The notes under the pieces: model-generated | What the model was told of the DNA's origin: nothing | Database searches by the model: none | What the model saw: only the letters and a program-made list of their open reading frames with translations | Assembly: GCA_019058275.1 (NCBI GenBank) | Contig: JAHLVW010000072.1 | Location: 1 to 43,791, forward strand | Source: Candidatus Heimdallarchaeota archaeon | Lineage (GTDB): Archaea; Asgardarchaeota; Heimdallarchaeia; JABLTI01 | Direction of reading: 5' to 3' | DNA length: 43,791 bases | Position numbers and translations under genes: made by a program | In this document: in pieces, positions 10,401-19,121 of the stretch | Numbering within the stretch: position 1 is the stretch's first letter | Layout: every line of letters begins with the position of its first letter

Positions 10401-13400
10401 TGCTTTATCAATTGCTAGTTTTCCGCTATTCAAGTATCCTGTTTCTGCTAAAATGAATCCTGAATATAGATAGATTTTAGCTGCTTCATGAGCTCCTTGC
10501 ATTTCATTGGCAATGTTTGCTGCTTGATCTATCAATTCAATACCATTAGTTTCATCACCATTTTGAATGAAACTTTCACTTAAGTTTAAACAAAGATTCT
10601 TTGCCTTTTCTTGATTAGCGGATTTTTTATAATATTCAATTGCAGTAAAAATGAAATTCTTTGTTAATTCAAACTCATTTTTTTCAAACAATTCATTAGC
10701 TATACTTGCTATTCGATCTCCTTGTTCAAGGAGTATTTCTGGATCGCTTTCCAGTAAAGGTAATATTTGCTTAAATGCGTTATTTGTTGAATTATACATA
10801 CCAGCATTCATGAGATTAGCGATTCTTAGGTTATTGATTTCAATAGCAAATTCAATGCTCGTTGAAATACTATAATTAGCTACTTGCTCCCACAGCTGTT
10901 CTCCTTCCATTATTTTTCCATTATTAATTACCTCTTGAGCTTTAACAACTAAAACATGAATAGCTTTCTTTTGTTCCTCTATATTACCCGTTTTCTGATG
11001 AACAGTAACAATTTGACCAGTTACAATAGAAGCATTTTGATAATCCTTCATTTCATACAGAAGGTCAGCTATTTCCACAAGTATTTTTACAGCTGCTTCA
11101 AATTCATTGGCAACCATTAATGTGTCAGAAGCTAATAAAACTAGTTTTATACCCTTAACTACTCGATTCAGCTTTAGCAATGCATTACATGATTTCATAT
11201 AGATTTCAGAAGCGCTTATGGGTTTACCTAGTCGTAGATGTATTCCTGTTGCTAGGTCTATCAAATGCAATCCTAGTTCTATTTCACTTTCTTGTATGAA
11301 AACAATCGCATGATTTGATAGTTCATCAGCAACATTTGGTGATTTTGTCTTTTTATCTTGCTGCTCAAGTTCATTTACTGCTTGTAAGAAGACATTGTAT
11401 GCTGTTTGATAATCTTTTGTAGTTGCAAAAGTTCTAGCTTCTTTCATAAAAATATCTACTACAATTTCTGTTAGATTTGAATGTTTAGCTAAATCTATTG
11501 CAGCATCAAAACATGATAGTGCAAATTTACGATATTCTTCAGGATTATGAGTAAGTGCTTGTGAACCAATTTCAGCTGTTTTTAAAGATGAAACTGCTAA
11601 TTTTTCAAGATTTTTTGATTCCGCATATGATTTGTTTGCTAATTCTATTTGTCGATAAGCATCTTGCCAATGTTCTCTACGAATATTTACTTCAGCCAAT
11701 GCTTGGAAAGCATCTCCTGATCTTTCTATATCATTAATTTGTAAAAAGATTTGAGCAGCAGTTTCAATTAATTCTTCACCATAAATGAAATTTGCTTTAT
11801 CCAAAAAGAGATAACCTTGTGCTAAAGCAGCTTCACCTGCTTCATCAAGATTCCCTACTTGGTTTAGAATTTTAATTCCTGATCTTATAAACTCTGATGC
11901 TTCATCAAACATTTCTTTACTGTCTCGTAAACTACCACCTTGAACAATGATTAGTCGACCCAATTTTGCTAAATAATCCTTTTCCCCTTCTAGGTTGTTT
12001 TTTGCATAATCATGAAATTCTTTAACCGAATATAGATCGCCAATGTCAAGAAACATGTTAGATGCTTCAGAAATAATCAGATCTTGGATTTCAAGGTTAA
12101 CTGGAGAGCTGAATTCCATTGCAGCTATATAAAGATGTTTTCCAAAAATCACCTCTTCATTTCTAATAGCTGTTTTAGCATTTTCAGAACAATAATATGC
12201 TAATTCTATGATAGGATCAGTCATTCCTAAGCTAAAATATGCTCCAACAGCTTTTCTAAGTAAATCAATTCCTTCTTCTATAAAATTATAAGAAATTAAT
12301 ATTTTTGATGCTAGAGAGAGTTTCTCTGCAAAGATATCAGGACTTGTATCGCCAGTCAGAATTTTAGTTATTTGCATTAATAATTCTTTAGCTAAATCAT
12401 TTTGATTATTATCAAATAACAACTGACTGTTATCTATCAAAATCTGTGAGGCTTCTACATTTTCGCTAATATTTGTAAGAGCTAATACTCCTTGCTCGAG
12501 ATAATCCCTACCTAAACTGAAATTATGATCAGAAATCACCAACATTTTTCCAATTGATGAAAGCTTATTAGCTATCCTCTTTGTCTCTTCAGGATAACTT
12601 CTTCCAAGTGTCTTGGTTGCATAAACAAGATACTCTAAAGCAAGCTCTTTTTGATTTATATAAACAGCATAGTCAACAAAATCATGTATAATATTAACTT
12701 CTGTCAATGAATCCTTTTGTTGAGCGCATAGAATAGCGTCAGATAATAACTGTTTAGCTAATTCAATATTTTTATCGCCCAATTTATTTTTAGCAGCGAT
12801 TATTAATGGTGTAATTGTACTAATAATTTCATCTTCCTTTTGAACATTTTTGTATAATTTCGCAGCTTCAACTAAGTGAAATGATGCTCCATCAAAATGC
12901 TCTAAACCTATTAGTGATTCACCAAATGCTTTGTGTGAATTTGCAGCTCCTAAAACACTACCAGCTTTTAGAAGATTCTCAACGGCTTTAATTGAATAAG
13001 TTTCTACTTCCTTAATTTGATTTACTTTCATAAATTCGATGGTTATATTCGTAAGATTTGTACCAATTTGTTCATATGCCTGAACACCTTCCAGAATCTC
13101 TAATACACTTTCAATGAACAACAAACTTACTTCTTGTTCTGCAGAAGAAACAAGTTTTAAGGTTCTTTTAAACATTATATTAGTAATTTCAGTAAATTTC
13201 TCATTCAATTTTCCAAATAGATATGCTTTTGAAGAACTTTTGTAATCTTCTAATGCAAGCTTAGTCTTGTTTATTGAATATAGATACTCAGCTTTTTCTT
13301 TGTAAAAGTCACCCACGAAATCTAAATCAACCTTTTCTATTTGATGAACAACTGAGAAGAATTCTAATCCTATCTCAAATTTATCATTTATTTTAACTAA

Positions 13401-14372
13401 CGCATAGGCTTTTTCAATTATTTTTTCAGCTAAAGTTTTTGCAGTATCTTTACTTTCAATACTTATTGCAAGCTGAAGTGATTTATCATAATAAATTTTA
13501 GATGAAGAGTATTTTTTCTTTTCATACATTAATTCAGCATAATCAGAAAGTATAGATGCAGCTTCAACCATCAATTCAGGTATTTGCATTTCTTTTGCTT
13601 TTGTAATACCATGTTCTATTAATTCTCCTCCAGGATCAGTTTCACTTAGAGTTTCTTTCAGTGCTTTGATTAATTTCTTGTTACCTTTACCAGATAGAAT
13701 TTCATGTGAATAAAGAAAAATCTTTTTTGTTGCTATTGAAGCTTCGTGTATTAGATCATTTTTCTTGCAAAAGTCAATGACATTATCAAATACTTCTAAA
13801 CCCTCATTGACAAATCCTGCTTCTAATAATGAAGTAAATGCTTCTATATTTCTCTCAACTAATTCTTCGAATCTATTTATTTCTATAAAAAGATCTGAGG
13901 CTTGAGCTAAGTATTCTTCACCTAACTTTCTACTTTCAGCTTTTTTGTTAGTGATTAATGAAAATGCATAGGTAAATAGATAGTTCCCTTTTTCTAACAA
14001 AGCATTTTCAACGCCTTGCTCTAAGATTTTTGTTACCATTATTTTTTTATCAATAATCTCTATGAGATTTTGATATTGTTTTTTCGAGCTAGCAACTTCA
14101 ATTAGATGATCTAAAGGTTTTATTGCTTTTGAAAAAATAGTTTTTCGTTCATCACCAGTTGATATGTTCTCAAATACGAAAACAATATCAATTATTAGTG
14201 ATTCAATGTTGCCTTTTTCTGCAGTCTCTAAAGCCTTAAGAAGTGGCGCTTTTGCTGAATCTGTATCACCCACTTCTAGTAATTCTTTGGCAATGAGTAA
14301 GTAATTATCTGCAGCATTTTTCCATTTTCCTTTTTCTTCAAAAGCTTTTGCTTTATCCATTAGCTGGGACAT
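7458..14372 (-). CDS. giant SNAP/TPR-like alpha-solenoid protein (2304 aa) with C-terminal tandem winged-helix/PCI-like domains
   Basis: Uninterrupted 6.9-kb ORF with ATG preceded by GAGGT. Helical-hairpin repeats with small-residue motifs (AADNY, AANSH..G, EAGEA, EAAKIY, AANAYDNA, A..LY/F); no TM or signal peptide. C-terminus GRIELETVANEFGI and FDPMQVANEMRIP resemble HTH/WH. Confidence 0.75.
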   Translation of the reverse strand: MSQLMDKAKAFEEKGKWKNAADNYLLIAKELLEVGDTDSAKAPLLKALETAEKGNIESLIIDIVFVFENISTGDERKTIFSKAIKPLDHLIEVASSKKQYQNLIEIIDKKIMVTKILEQGVENALLEKGNYLFTYAFSLITNKKAESRKLGEEYLAQASDLFIEINRFEELVERNIEAFTSLLEAGFVNEGLEVFDNVIDFCKKNDLIHEASIATKKIFLYSHEILSGKGNKKLIKALKETLSETDPGGELIEHGITKAKEMQIPELMVEAASILSDYAELMYEKKKYSSSKIYYDKSLQLAISIESKDTAKTLAEKIIEKAYALVKINDKFEIGLEFFSVVHQIEKVDLDFVGDFYKEKAEYLYSINKTKLALEDYKSSSKAYLFGKLNEKFTEITNIMFKRTLKLVSSAEQEVSLLFIESVLEILEGVQAYEQIGTNLTNITIEFMKVNQIKEVETYSIKAVENLLKAGSVLGAANSHKAFGESLIGLEHFDGASFHLVEAAKLYKNVQKEDEIISTITPLIIAAKNKLGDKNIELAKQLLSDAILCAQQKDSLTEVNIIHDFVDYAVYINQKELALEYLVYATKTLGRSYPEETKRIANKLSSIGKMLVISDHNFSLGRDYLEQGVLALTNISENVEASQILIDNSQLLFDNNQNDLAKELLMQITKILTGDTSPDIFAEKLSLASKILISYNFIEEGIDLLRKAVGAYFSLGMTDPIIELAYYCSENAKTAIRNEEVIFGKHLYIAAMEFSSPVNLEIQDLIISEASNMFLDIGDLYSVKEFHDYAKNNLEGEKDYLAKLGRLIIVQGGSLRDSKEMFDEASEFIRSGIKILNQVGNLDEAGEAALAQGYLFLDKANFIYGEELIETAAQIFLQINDIERSGDAFQALAEVNIRREHWQDAYRQIELANKSYAESKNLEKLAVSSLKTAEIGSQALTHNPEEYRKFALSCFDAAIDLAKHSNLTEIVVDIFMKEARTFATTKDYQTAYNVFLQAVNELEQQDKKTKSPNVADELSNHAIVFIQESEIELGLHLIDLATGIHLRLGKPISASEIYMKSCNALLKLNRVVKGIKLVLLASDTLMVANEFEAAVKILVEIADLLYEMKDYQNASIVTGQIVTVHQKTGNIEEQKKAIHVLVVKAQEVINNGKIMEGEQLWEQVANYSISTSIEFAIEINNLRIANLMNAGMYNSTNNAFKQILPLLESDPEILLEQGDRIASIANELFEKNEFELTKNFIFTAIEYYKKSANQEKAKNLCLNLSESFIQNGDETNGIELIDQAANIANEMQGAHEAAKIYLYSGFILAETGYLNSGKLAIDKAIDIEMQTKNISGCIELGEITIQKAQELAQSDLEKSNEIYTLAIKIFECAESYTKAGKTCSVISANHLNVGKADESIIFAIKAVDYYLKDKNIDLAVTITKQTIDSARRFMEENELTKAVHILEKARLLVEKISRFDLLSLIINIYLSAASQNLPNRKSAIGIFFLNRSFELAKSSPDPEEIKQIIDLVLKLALDIIRKKNSIAGAKVLEIVTNQEISKQALLPLVSETLIEALKITLDVEWNMIGKISRDALRFYKATNQDENISQMILVLTRRANADIMLNKPQLGFFFLDYAIRLAKEAENIDLLTLIGKETFEQLQILDLEADLEINYRLLGYCYQMFQEIQNMDYIEKIGKEFIKLGSKDLVNNMQSLRGYEALLTARDIAIQTQSDNLISTVVLAMLDFAKQSSINNARTTISTLDDITSGLEAYEVPNSNRATIEYELIKDYIKALTAFGEKVSKSDQNYSLGQKIVEACMRILALSKNQVEIEKDITEAQKNLQKLIKRGNRESAFRLRHTATLMIDLRNSNIANEIAESSFHTAQELLEKKKYNDSISFLDTSLKLNTKLSMQTELKNIGLFALSAGDRLVNEGKILESMIFYDIAVEAFDLANDDESSNRLVNRIFQTREWDADVTIAYQCYKIASDSAIRIKNYQKANEIARKCFNRGIAFIDQPRIPINLTNKFITLAGKILEDIGTTKDAANAYDNAILKYIRIMKTRKNIESVIIELLTKAAVNRMASCDMDSLETIYLRVMELAEMKKSKPTKTFARVLKLINSTKVGAAWDVLASLPYISHGRIRKIIEHTKYRIVYELTNKGTFDRTIFSTTDRSLPLSDFLLESLQIARRIEGQPINKDVFISLHKIQAIRSYLYSEYDLWGRIELETVANEFGIQHNDTVSIVRREFLSVLYMAILDNEQKIFYSFDRLKAEISLILNRERKKASIFDPMQVANEMRIPPDIIKEVLREISCEEVVENAVTL

Positions 14373-14503
14373 CTTTAAACCTCAAATGTTCTATCTACAT
14401 GTCCTAATTTATACGTATATAATTCTAAAGATAGCACAATTTTTATTATGAATATGTGAAAACGACTCATAAGTTTTTAGTAGGAGGAAAATTTGGTTAA
14501 TCT

Positions 14504-16654
14504 CTATATATTATTTTCCGGAGGAGGTGGTAAGGGGATTAACATTCCATTTTCTAAGTATTTGATTAATACTATTAAAACATCTTCTTTTGACACATTG
14601 ATTTCTTCATTTTTAAAAACAACATCAATCAATTCTGTAACATAGAAGACTTCATCATCCGTTTGATTTAGAAATTCAGTATAAGCTTTAGTTAATTTCT
14701 TCTCATTTTGGGTGATTGCTGTTAAACGCATTCTCTTTAGATCTAGTTTTAATGGATATAGATATTCAAGTCTCAAATGCTTTTCTAATAAATCAGTTGC
14801 TCCAGTAAAAGTAGATATAAAACCACTAAAATCAGCAAGATCAGTTTTGTATTTTGCTTCAAATTCATTCATGAAAATCTTGATGCGTTTCTTAAGATGT
14901 GTACTTAATTTTTCAGTAACGAGTAATGCTGTTTTTGATTGTTCTCCCTCGTAAATAATTATCCAGAAACCTTCTCTGCCAATTTCACTGAAAATTCCTA
15001 CTCGTTTCTCTGTTTCACCAGACATTTCTTCAGTAAAAGTACCAACAGCACTTAGAAATCCACTGGTTAAGGAGACATCTATATCCTTACCAAAGCCTTG
15101 ACTGAATAATGGAACTCCTGAATGTGAGTGGATTAAGATTACATGCCTAATTTTGAGTATATCATTGAAAAATTCAACACCAACATCAGGATCAGCTTCT
15201 AGATCCATCGGTAGGAAGTAATTGGCTTCCTGCTCCACATCAGGTTCTTGTTCTTTATCCTCTTGCCATTCTATTTCTTTATCTTCAGCAATTCCTGCAA
15301 GTTTGGTTTCTACTTTGGATTTAACTTTATCAATACCAGTTAGTTTTGGTTGACCAGCTGTTAATGAATCATATGGTTGATAAGGAGCATAAGGAGAATC
15401 AACAGAATAGGGGCTACCATGCGATTGAGCATCAATTTGCTTTGGTCTGGTTATACCTTCTTGCTTACTTATAGGAGCTACATATTGCCAACAGCTATAG
15501 CAGTACCATCTACGATATTGTTCAATGAATCTGACCTGTGATTGGCAATTTGGACAGAAAGCATTTGTTGTATCTGGTGCATGTACAGCAGCTCCTCCTT
15601 GTTGTGATGCACCATCACTACTCTGAAATGGTATTAAATCAGCATTAGGTTTCTCATTTGTTTTGTCCCGTGTGAAGCTAAAAGCAACTATTCTTCTTTT
15701 ATCTATTGAGAAGATTAAATCATTTGATCTGTTTCCGGTTAGATCACCTATTCTTAAATCATTTATTGCGCTATAACCTTCACAGGTCTCTATTGTATTT
15801 TGTCTTAGAATATTTATTGTCCCATTCGCTGTTCCCACAACTACTTCTAGTTGACGATCATTATCAATATCACCAACTGTCCCGCAAGTAATTGCACCAT
15901 CTAATTTGTGTATTGACATCAATCGATTTCTCTTAAAGATGCTGAGTCTACCAGAATACTCGCCAACCATCACTTCTGATATTCCATCTCGATCGATATC
16001 TCCACTAAAGCAAAAACTGGGTTTGGTTTCTATCTTAAATTCACCAATAAGATCAAATTTCTGTAATTGGGGTCTGAATTCAATTTCCTTAAACAATCCA
16101 CCCTTTGATCCAGCTATAAAGCCCATTTGACCATTCCCATTATAATCTCCAGTAGTTATATGACTAACTGGATGCTGGAATATTTTTCCGAGTGAGAAAC
16201 CCCTGATTTTATCCCATCGATGTTTTCTACCAGGGATTCTTTCAATCATAACAACTTCGCCATTTCCACAGCCAACAATAATTTCTGAGAGTTTATTTCC
16301 ATTTAAATCTCCAGGAGCTGTAGCTAAAACAGCGGATGGTAACCTTATGCCATCTTTAATATCCTTACTAAAGAAAGGTTTGCCATTTCTAGAATTAACT
16401 CGAACTACTCCTTTAATATCGCCAGTTACTAACTCAAAACCTCTATCTAGGCTTGTTCTAGCAACACACATGGCATTTATTTTTTCATTTATCTTTACTG
16501 CATAGTTAGACATATGCTTTGGGTGAACAATAGTGATGTCAGTTCCACTCTTTTCCAATCTAGCAACCATTATTTCTGAAATACCATCTACATTGAAATC
16601 ATGAGTTAATAACGAATGAAAGCTTTGAGTTGCTTCCTCAAGAGTTTGTTGCAA
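14504..16654 (-). CDS. FG-GAP/VCBS beta-propeller + Zn ribbon + longin-like + winged-helix-like multidomain protein
   Basis: Repeats DFNVDGISEI, GDLNGNKLSEIIVG, GDYNGNGQMGFIAG, GDIDRDGISEVMVG, GDIDNDRQLEVVVG, GDLTGNRSNDLI; CPNC-x17-CYSC with QYRRWYC; HVILIHSHSGVPLF...LTSGFLSAVGTFTEEM...FEAKY longin-type pattern. TTG start; no signal peptide. Confidence 0.8.
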   Translation of the reverse strand: MQQTLEEATQSFHSLLTHDFNVDGISEIMVARLEKSGTDITIVHPKHMSNYAVKINEKINAMCVARTSLDRGFELVTGDIKGVVRVNSRNGKPFFSKDIKDGIRLPSAVLATAPGDLNGNKLSEIIVGCGNGEVVMIERIPGRKHRWDKIRGFSLGKIFQHPVSHITTGDYNGNGQMGFIAGSKGGLFKEIEFRPQLQKFDLIGEFKIETKPSFCFSGDIDRDGISEVMVGEYSGRLSIFKRNRLMSIHKLDGAITCGTVGDIDNDRQLEVVVGTANGTINILRQNTIETCEGYSAINDLRIGDLTGNRSNDLIFSIDKRRIVAFSFTRDKTNEKPNADLIPFQSSDGASQQGGAAVHAPDTTNAFCPNCQSQVRFIEQYRRWYCYSCWQYVAPISKQEGITRPKQIDAQSHGSPYSVDSPYAPYQPYDSLTAGQPKLTGIDKVKSKVETKLAGIAEDKEIEWQEDKEQEPDVEQEANYFLPMDLEADPDVGVEFFNDILKIRHVILIHSHSGVPLFSQGFGKDIDVSLTSGFLSAVGTFTEEMSGETEKRVGIFSEIGREGFWIIIYEGEQSKTALLVTEKLSTHLKKRIKIFMNEFEAKYKTDLADFSGFISTFTGATDLLEKHLRLEYLYPLKLDLKRMRLTAITQNEKKLTKAYTEFLNQTDDEVFYVTELIDVVFKNEEINVSKEDVLIVLIKYLENGMLIPLPPPPENNI

Positions 16655-16690
16655 TGATACATACGACCATATTAGTGATTGAGTTTACTA

Positions 16691-16704
16691 TTTTATAAGC
16701 TCAG
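16691..16704 (-). promoter_or_regulatory. candidate TATA box for the propeller-longin gene
   Basis: Minus-strand CTGAGCTTATAAAA, about 37 nt upstream of the TTG at 16654. Confidence 0.35.
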
Positions 16705-16964
16705 TTCTACTTCACTAATCTCATTTTAATTAATGTATAAATTCCTTTTGATTTGTAACTTTTTCAACAACATCTGACTCAAACTTTCATGAAAAAAGTT
16801 TAATTGCTAATTTTGTGTTGTAAAACTAATAGTATATTAGAAATTTATGATTGAATTTAAAACAAAGAAAAGAGTTTGGAGAAAATATCTTAAGAAAATA
16901 ACTCAGTATTGTTTTAAAAAATGAAGTGTTTTGTAAGAGTAGAAAATCCCAGGAGTAATTTACT

Positions 16965-17639
16965 ATGTCAGCTTTAATAGATGAAAGTGTCAAACAAATG
17001 GTAAAACAACGTTTTATGGATCTGAAAGAACCTGTGACAATTAAAGTTTTCTCTACTAAAGATCATTGTCTTTTTTGTAATGAAATGATCTCATTAGTTA
17101 ACGGTGTAACAGAACTTTCAGATAAAATAAAAGTTGAAGTTTGTGATTGTAATGAAGAAGATCCAATGGCTAAGAAATATGGAATTGAAAGACATCCAGC
17201 CTTAGCTATTGTAGGAGATGAAGACTACGGTGTTCGTTTCTTTGGTGTTCCTGCAGGAAAAGAATTTACTACATTAATTGAGTCAATTATGCTTGTATCT
17301 AATCGAGAACCTGTTCTTTCTCCGGAAGCCAAGGATTTATTGAAGAAGATTATTAAAAAAGTGAACCTCAAGGTTTTTGTCACCTTAGAATGTCCATATT
17401 GTCCTGCTATGGTTATAAGAGCACATAAATTAGCATTAGCTAGTGACAATATAACTGCTGAAATGATTGAATCTTCTCAATTTGCCAAGTTAGCATCAGA
17501 TTTTGATATCTTTGGTGTTCCCAATACAGTCATCAATAACAGTAAAGGTAGTGTGGAAGGTTTGGTTACTGAAGAAATACTTCTACAACAAATACTTCAT
17601 GCACTGGAAATATCTGGGGAAACAACCCCTTTCACATAA
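16965..17639 (+). CDS. protein disulfide oxidoreductase (PDO; two thioredoxin folds, AhpF-N-like)
   Basis: Two CXXC motifs (CLFC, CPYC); RFFGVPAGKEF; cis-Pro GVP; AGGAG RBS. Confidence 0.9.
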   Translation: MSALIDESVKQMVKQRFMDLKEPVTIKVFSTKDHCLFCNEMISLVNGVTELSDKIKVEVCDCNEEDPMAKKYGIERHPALAIVGDEDYGVRFFGVPAGKEFTTLIESIMLVSNREPVLSPEAKDLLKKIIKKVNLKVFVTLECPYCPAMVIRAHKLALASDNITAEMIESSQFAKLASDFDIFGVPNTVINNSKGSVEGLVTEEILLQQILHALEISGETTPFT

Positions 17640-17661
17640 AAATAAATTAAAAATTTCTTTC

Positions 17662-17710
17662 GGTTGTAAGAAAATTCATTTTTTTACAACCAGTTTTGAT
17701 TTTTTTTCTT
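17662..17710 (+). terminator. 13-bp hairpin + T tract after PDO (alternatively an operator upstream of fprA)
   Basis: GGTTGTAAGAAAA-ttca-TTTTTTTACAACC (one G-U pair), then AGTTTTGATTTTTTTTCTT. Confidence 0.55.
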
Positions 17711-17718
17711 AGAAAATA

Positions 17719-17735
17719 AGAAACCTTTTATAAAA
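17719..17735 (+). promoter_or_regulatory. BRE/TATA promoter of fprA
   Basis: AGAAACC-TTTTATAAAA, purine-rich BRE-like element followed by a TATA box, about 70 nt upstream of the ATG. Confidence 0.55.
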
Positions 17736-17802
17736 TAGTTTACTTTTTTGTGTGATAGACTTTTCAAGAGATATTAAATAATTTATTAGATGAGGATAAA
17801 AA

Positions 17803-18990
17803 ATGGCTATTCATGAATTAAAACCAAATATCTACTATGTTGGAGCCAAAGATTATGATCGACAGCTTTTTGACGAGTTGATACCTTTACCAGATGGTAC
17901 GACTTATAATTCCTACCTTGTTATTGGTAGTAAAAAAACAGCATTAGTAGACACTGTTGATGGGACTAAATTTTATGAGCTAGTTGCTAACATTAAGAAG
18001 ACTCCATGTAAAAAAATTGACTATTTAGTATCTAATCATGCTGAACAAGATCATTCCGAAAGTTTGGTTAAACTCTTAGATATCTACCCAGATGCTAAAG
18101 TTGTTACCAATGCTAAAGGAAAAGAGCATTTAATGGTTCATTTACACATTCCAGAAGATAGATTCATTGCAAAGAATGATGGAGAAGAGCTATCATTGGG
18201 AGACAAAACCCTCGTATTTATTGAAGCGCCCTGGGTTCATTGGCCTGAAACAATGTTCACTTTAGCTAAGGAAGACAAAATTATCTTTACTTGTGATTTT
18301 TTTGGCACACATTTATCTCAAAGCCAACCTTTTGTAACTGATGAAGCAAAAACCTATGAATCAGCAAAAAGATATTATGCAGAAATTATGATGCCATTTA
18401 GAAAATTAATTGTGCGTCATTTGAAGAAACTTGAGAATTATGACTTTGATATGATAGCTCCAAGTCATGGTCCTATTCATCAAAAACCTGACATCATCAT
18501 TAATGCTTACAAAGATTGGATTTCAGACAATGTTAAGAACGAAGTAATCATTCCATATGTTTCGATGCATCATTCTGTTAAGGAAATGGTCGAATACTTT
18601 ACTACTGCACTAATAGAACGTGGGATTGTTGTTAAACCGTTTAATTTAACTGTTACAGATATAGGAGAATTAGCTATGGCTCTGGTTGATGCTGCTACTC
18701 TTGTTGTTGGAACACCAGCAGTTTTAACAGGTGCTCATCCAACAGTTGTAAGTGCTGTTTATTTAGCAAATGCTATTCGTCCCAAAACAAAATTTGCTAC
18801 AATTATCGGTTCTTACGGATGGAAATGTCAATTACCTGATCAACTTGTTGATATGCTTACAAGAATCAGACCTGAGCTAATTGATCCTGTTATAGTTCGT
18901 GGAAAAGTAACTGAAGAAGGATTAACAAAACTTGATGAGCTTGCAAATAAGATTCAAGCTAAACACAAAGAACTTGGTATTCTAAAATAA
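17803..18990 (+). CDS. fprA: class A flavodiiron protein (O2/NO reductase)
   Basis: GTTYNSYL; di-iron ligands in HAEQDH, HWPE, CDFFG, PSHG; C-terminal flavodoxin domain with GSYGW. Confidence 0.93.
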   Translation: MAIHELKPNIYYVGAKDYDRQLFDELIPLPDGTTYNSYLVIGSKKTALVDTVDGTKFYELVANIKKTPCKKIDYLVSNHAEQDHSESLVKLLDIYPDAKVVTNAKGKEHLMVHLHIPEDRFIAKNDGEELSLGDKTLVFIEAPWVHWPETMFTLAKEDKIIFTCDFFGTHLSQSQPFVTDEAKTYESAKRYYAEIMMPFRKLIVRHLKKLENYDFDMIAPSHGPIHQKPDIIINAYKDWISDNVKNEVIIPYVSMHHSVKEMVEYFTTALIERGIVVKPFNLTVTDIGELAMALVDAATLVVGTPAVLTGAHPTVVSAVYLANAIRPKTKFATIIGSYGWKCQLPDQLVDMLTRIRPELIDPVIVRGKVTEEGLTKLDELANKIQAKHKELGILK

Positions 18991-19121
18991 TTGCTGGGAT
19001 TTATATCGCAATTTCTTTCTTTTCTCGATTTATTTCTATTTAAAAGATTAGCACTTTAATAATTGAAGGAAAAATTATTAAGAGAATGCTAATTCTAATT
19101 TTGTTACACGGTGATCTCATT

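Noticed and set aside
7458-14372. Giant ORF as an NLR/STAND, CHAT-protease or Cas-type defence protein
   Set aside because: No Walker A/B, caspase-like His-Cys dyad or nuclease motif was recognisable; no CRISPR array or defence genes nearby.
15660-16654. FG-GAP protein as a secreted adhesin or integrin-like protein
   Set aside because: No signal peptide or TM segment, and it is fused to cytoplasmic-type Zn-ribbon and longin domains.
16655-16964. Longest intergenic gap as a possible ncRNA, CRISPR array or replication origin
   Set aside because: Very AT-rich with no repeat-spacer periodicity, cloverleaf, ORB-like G-string or adjacent cdc6; consistent with divergent promoters.
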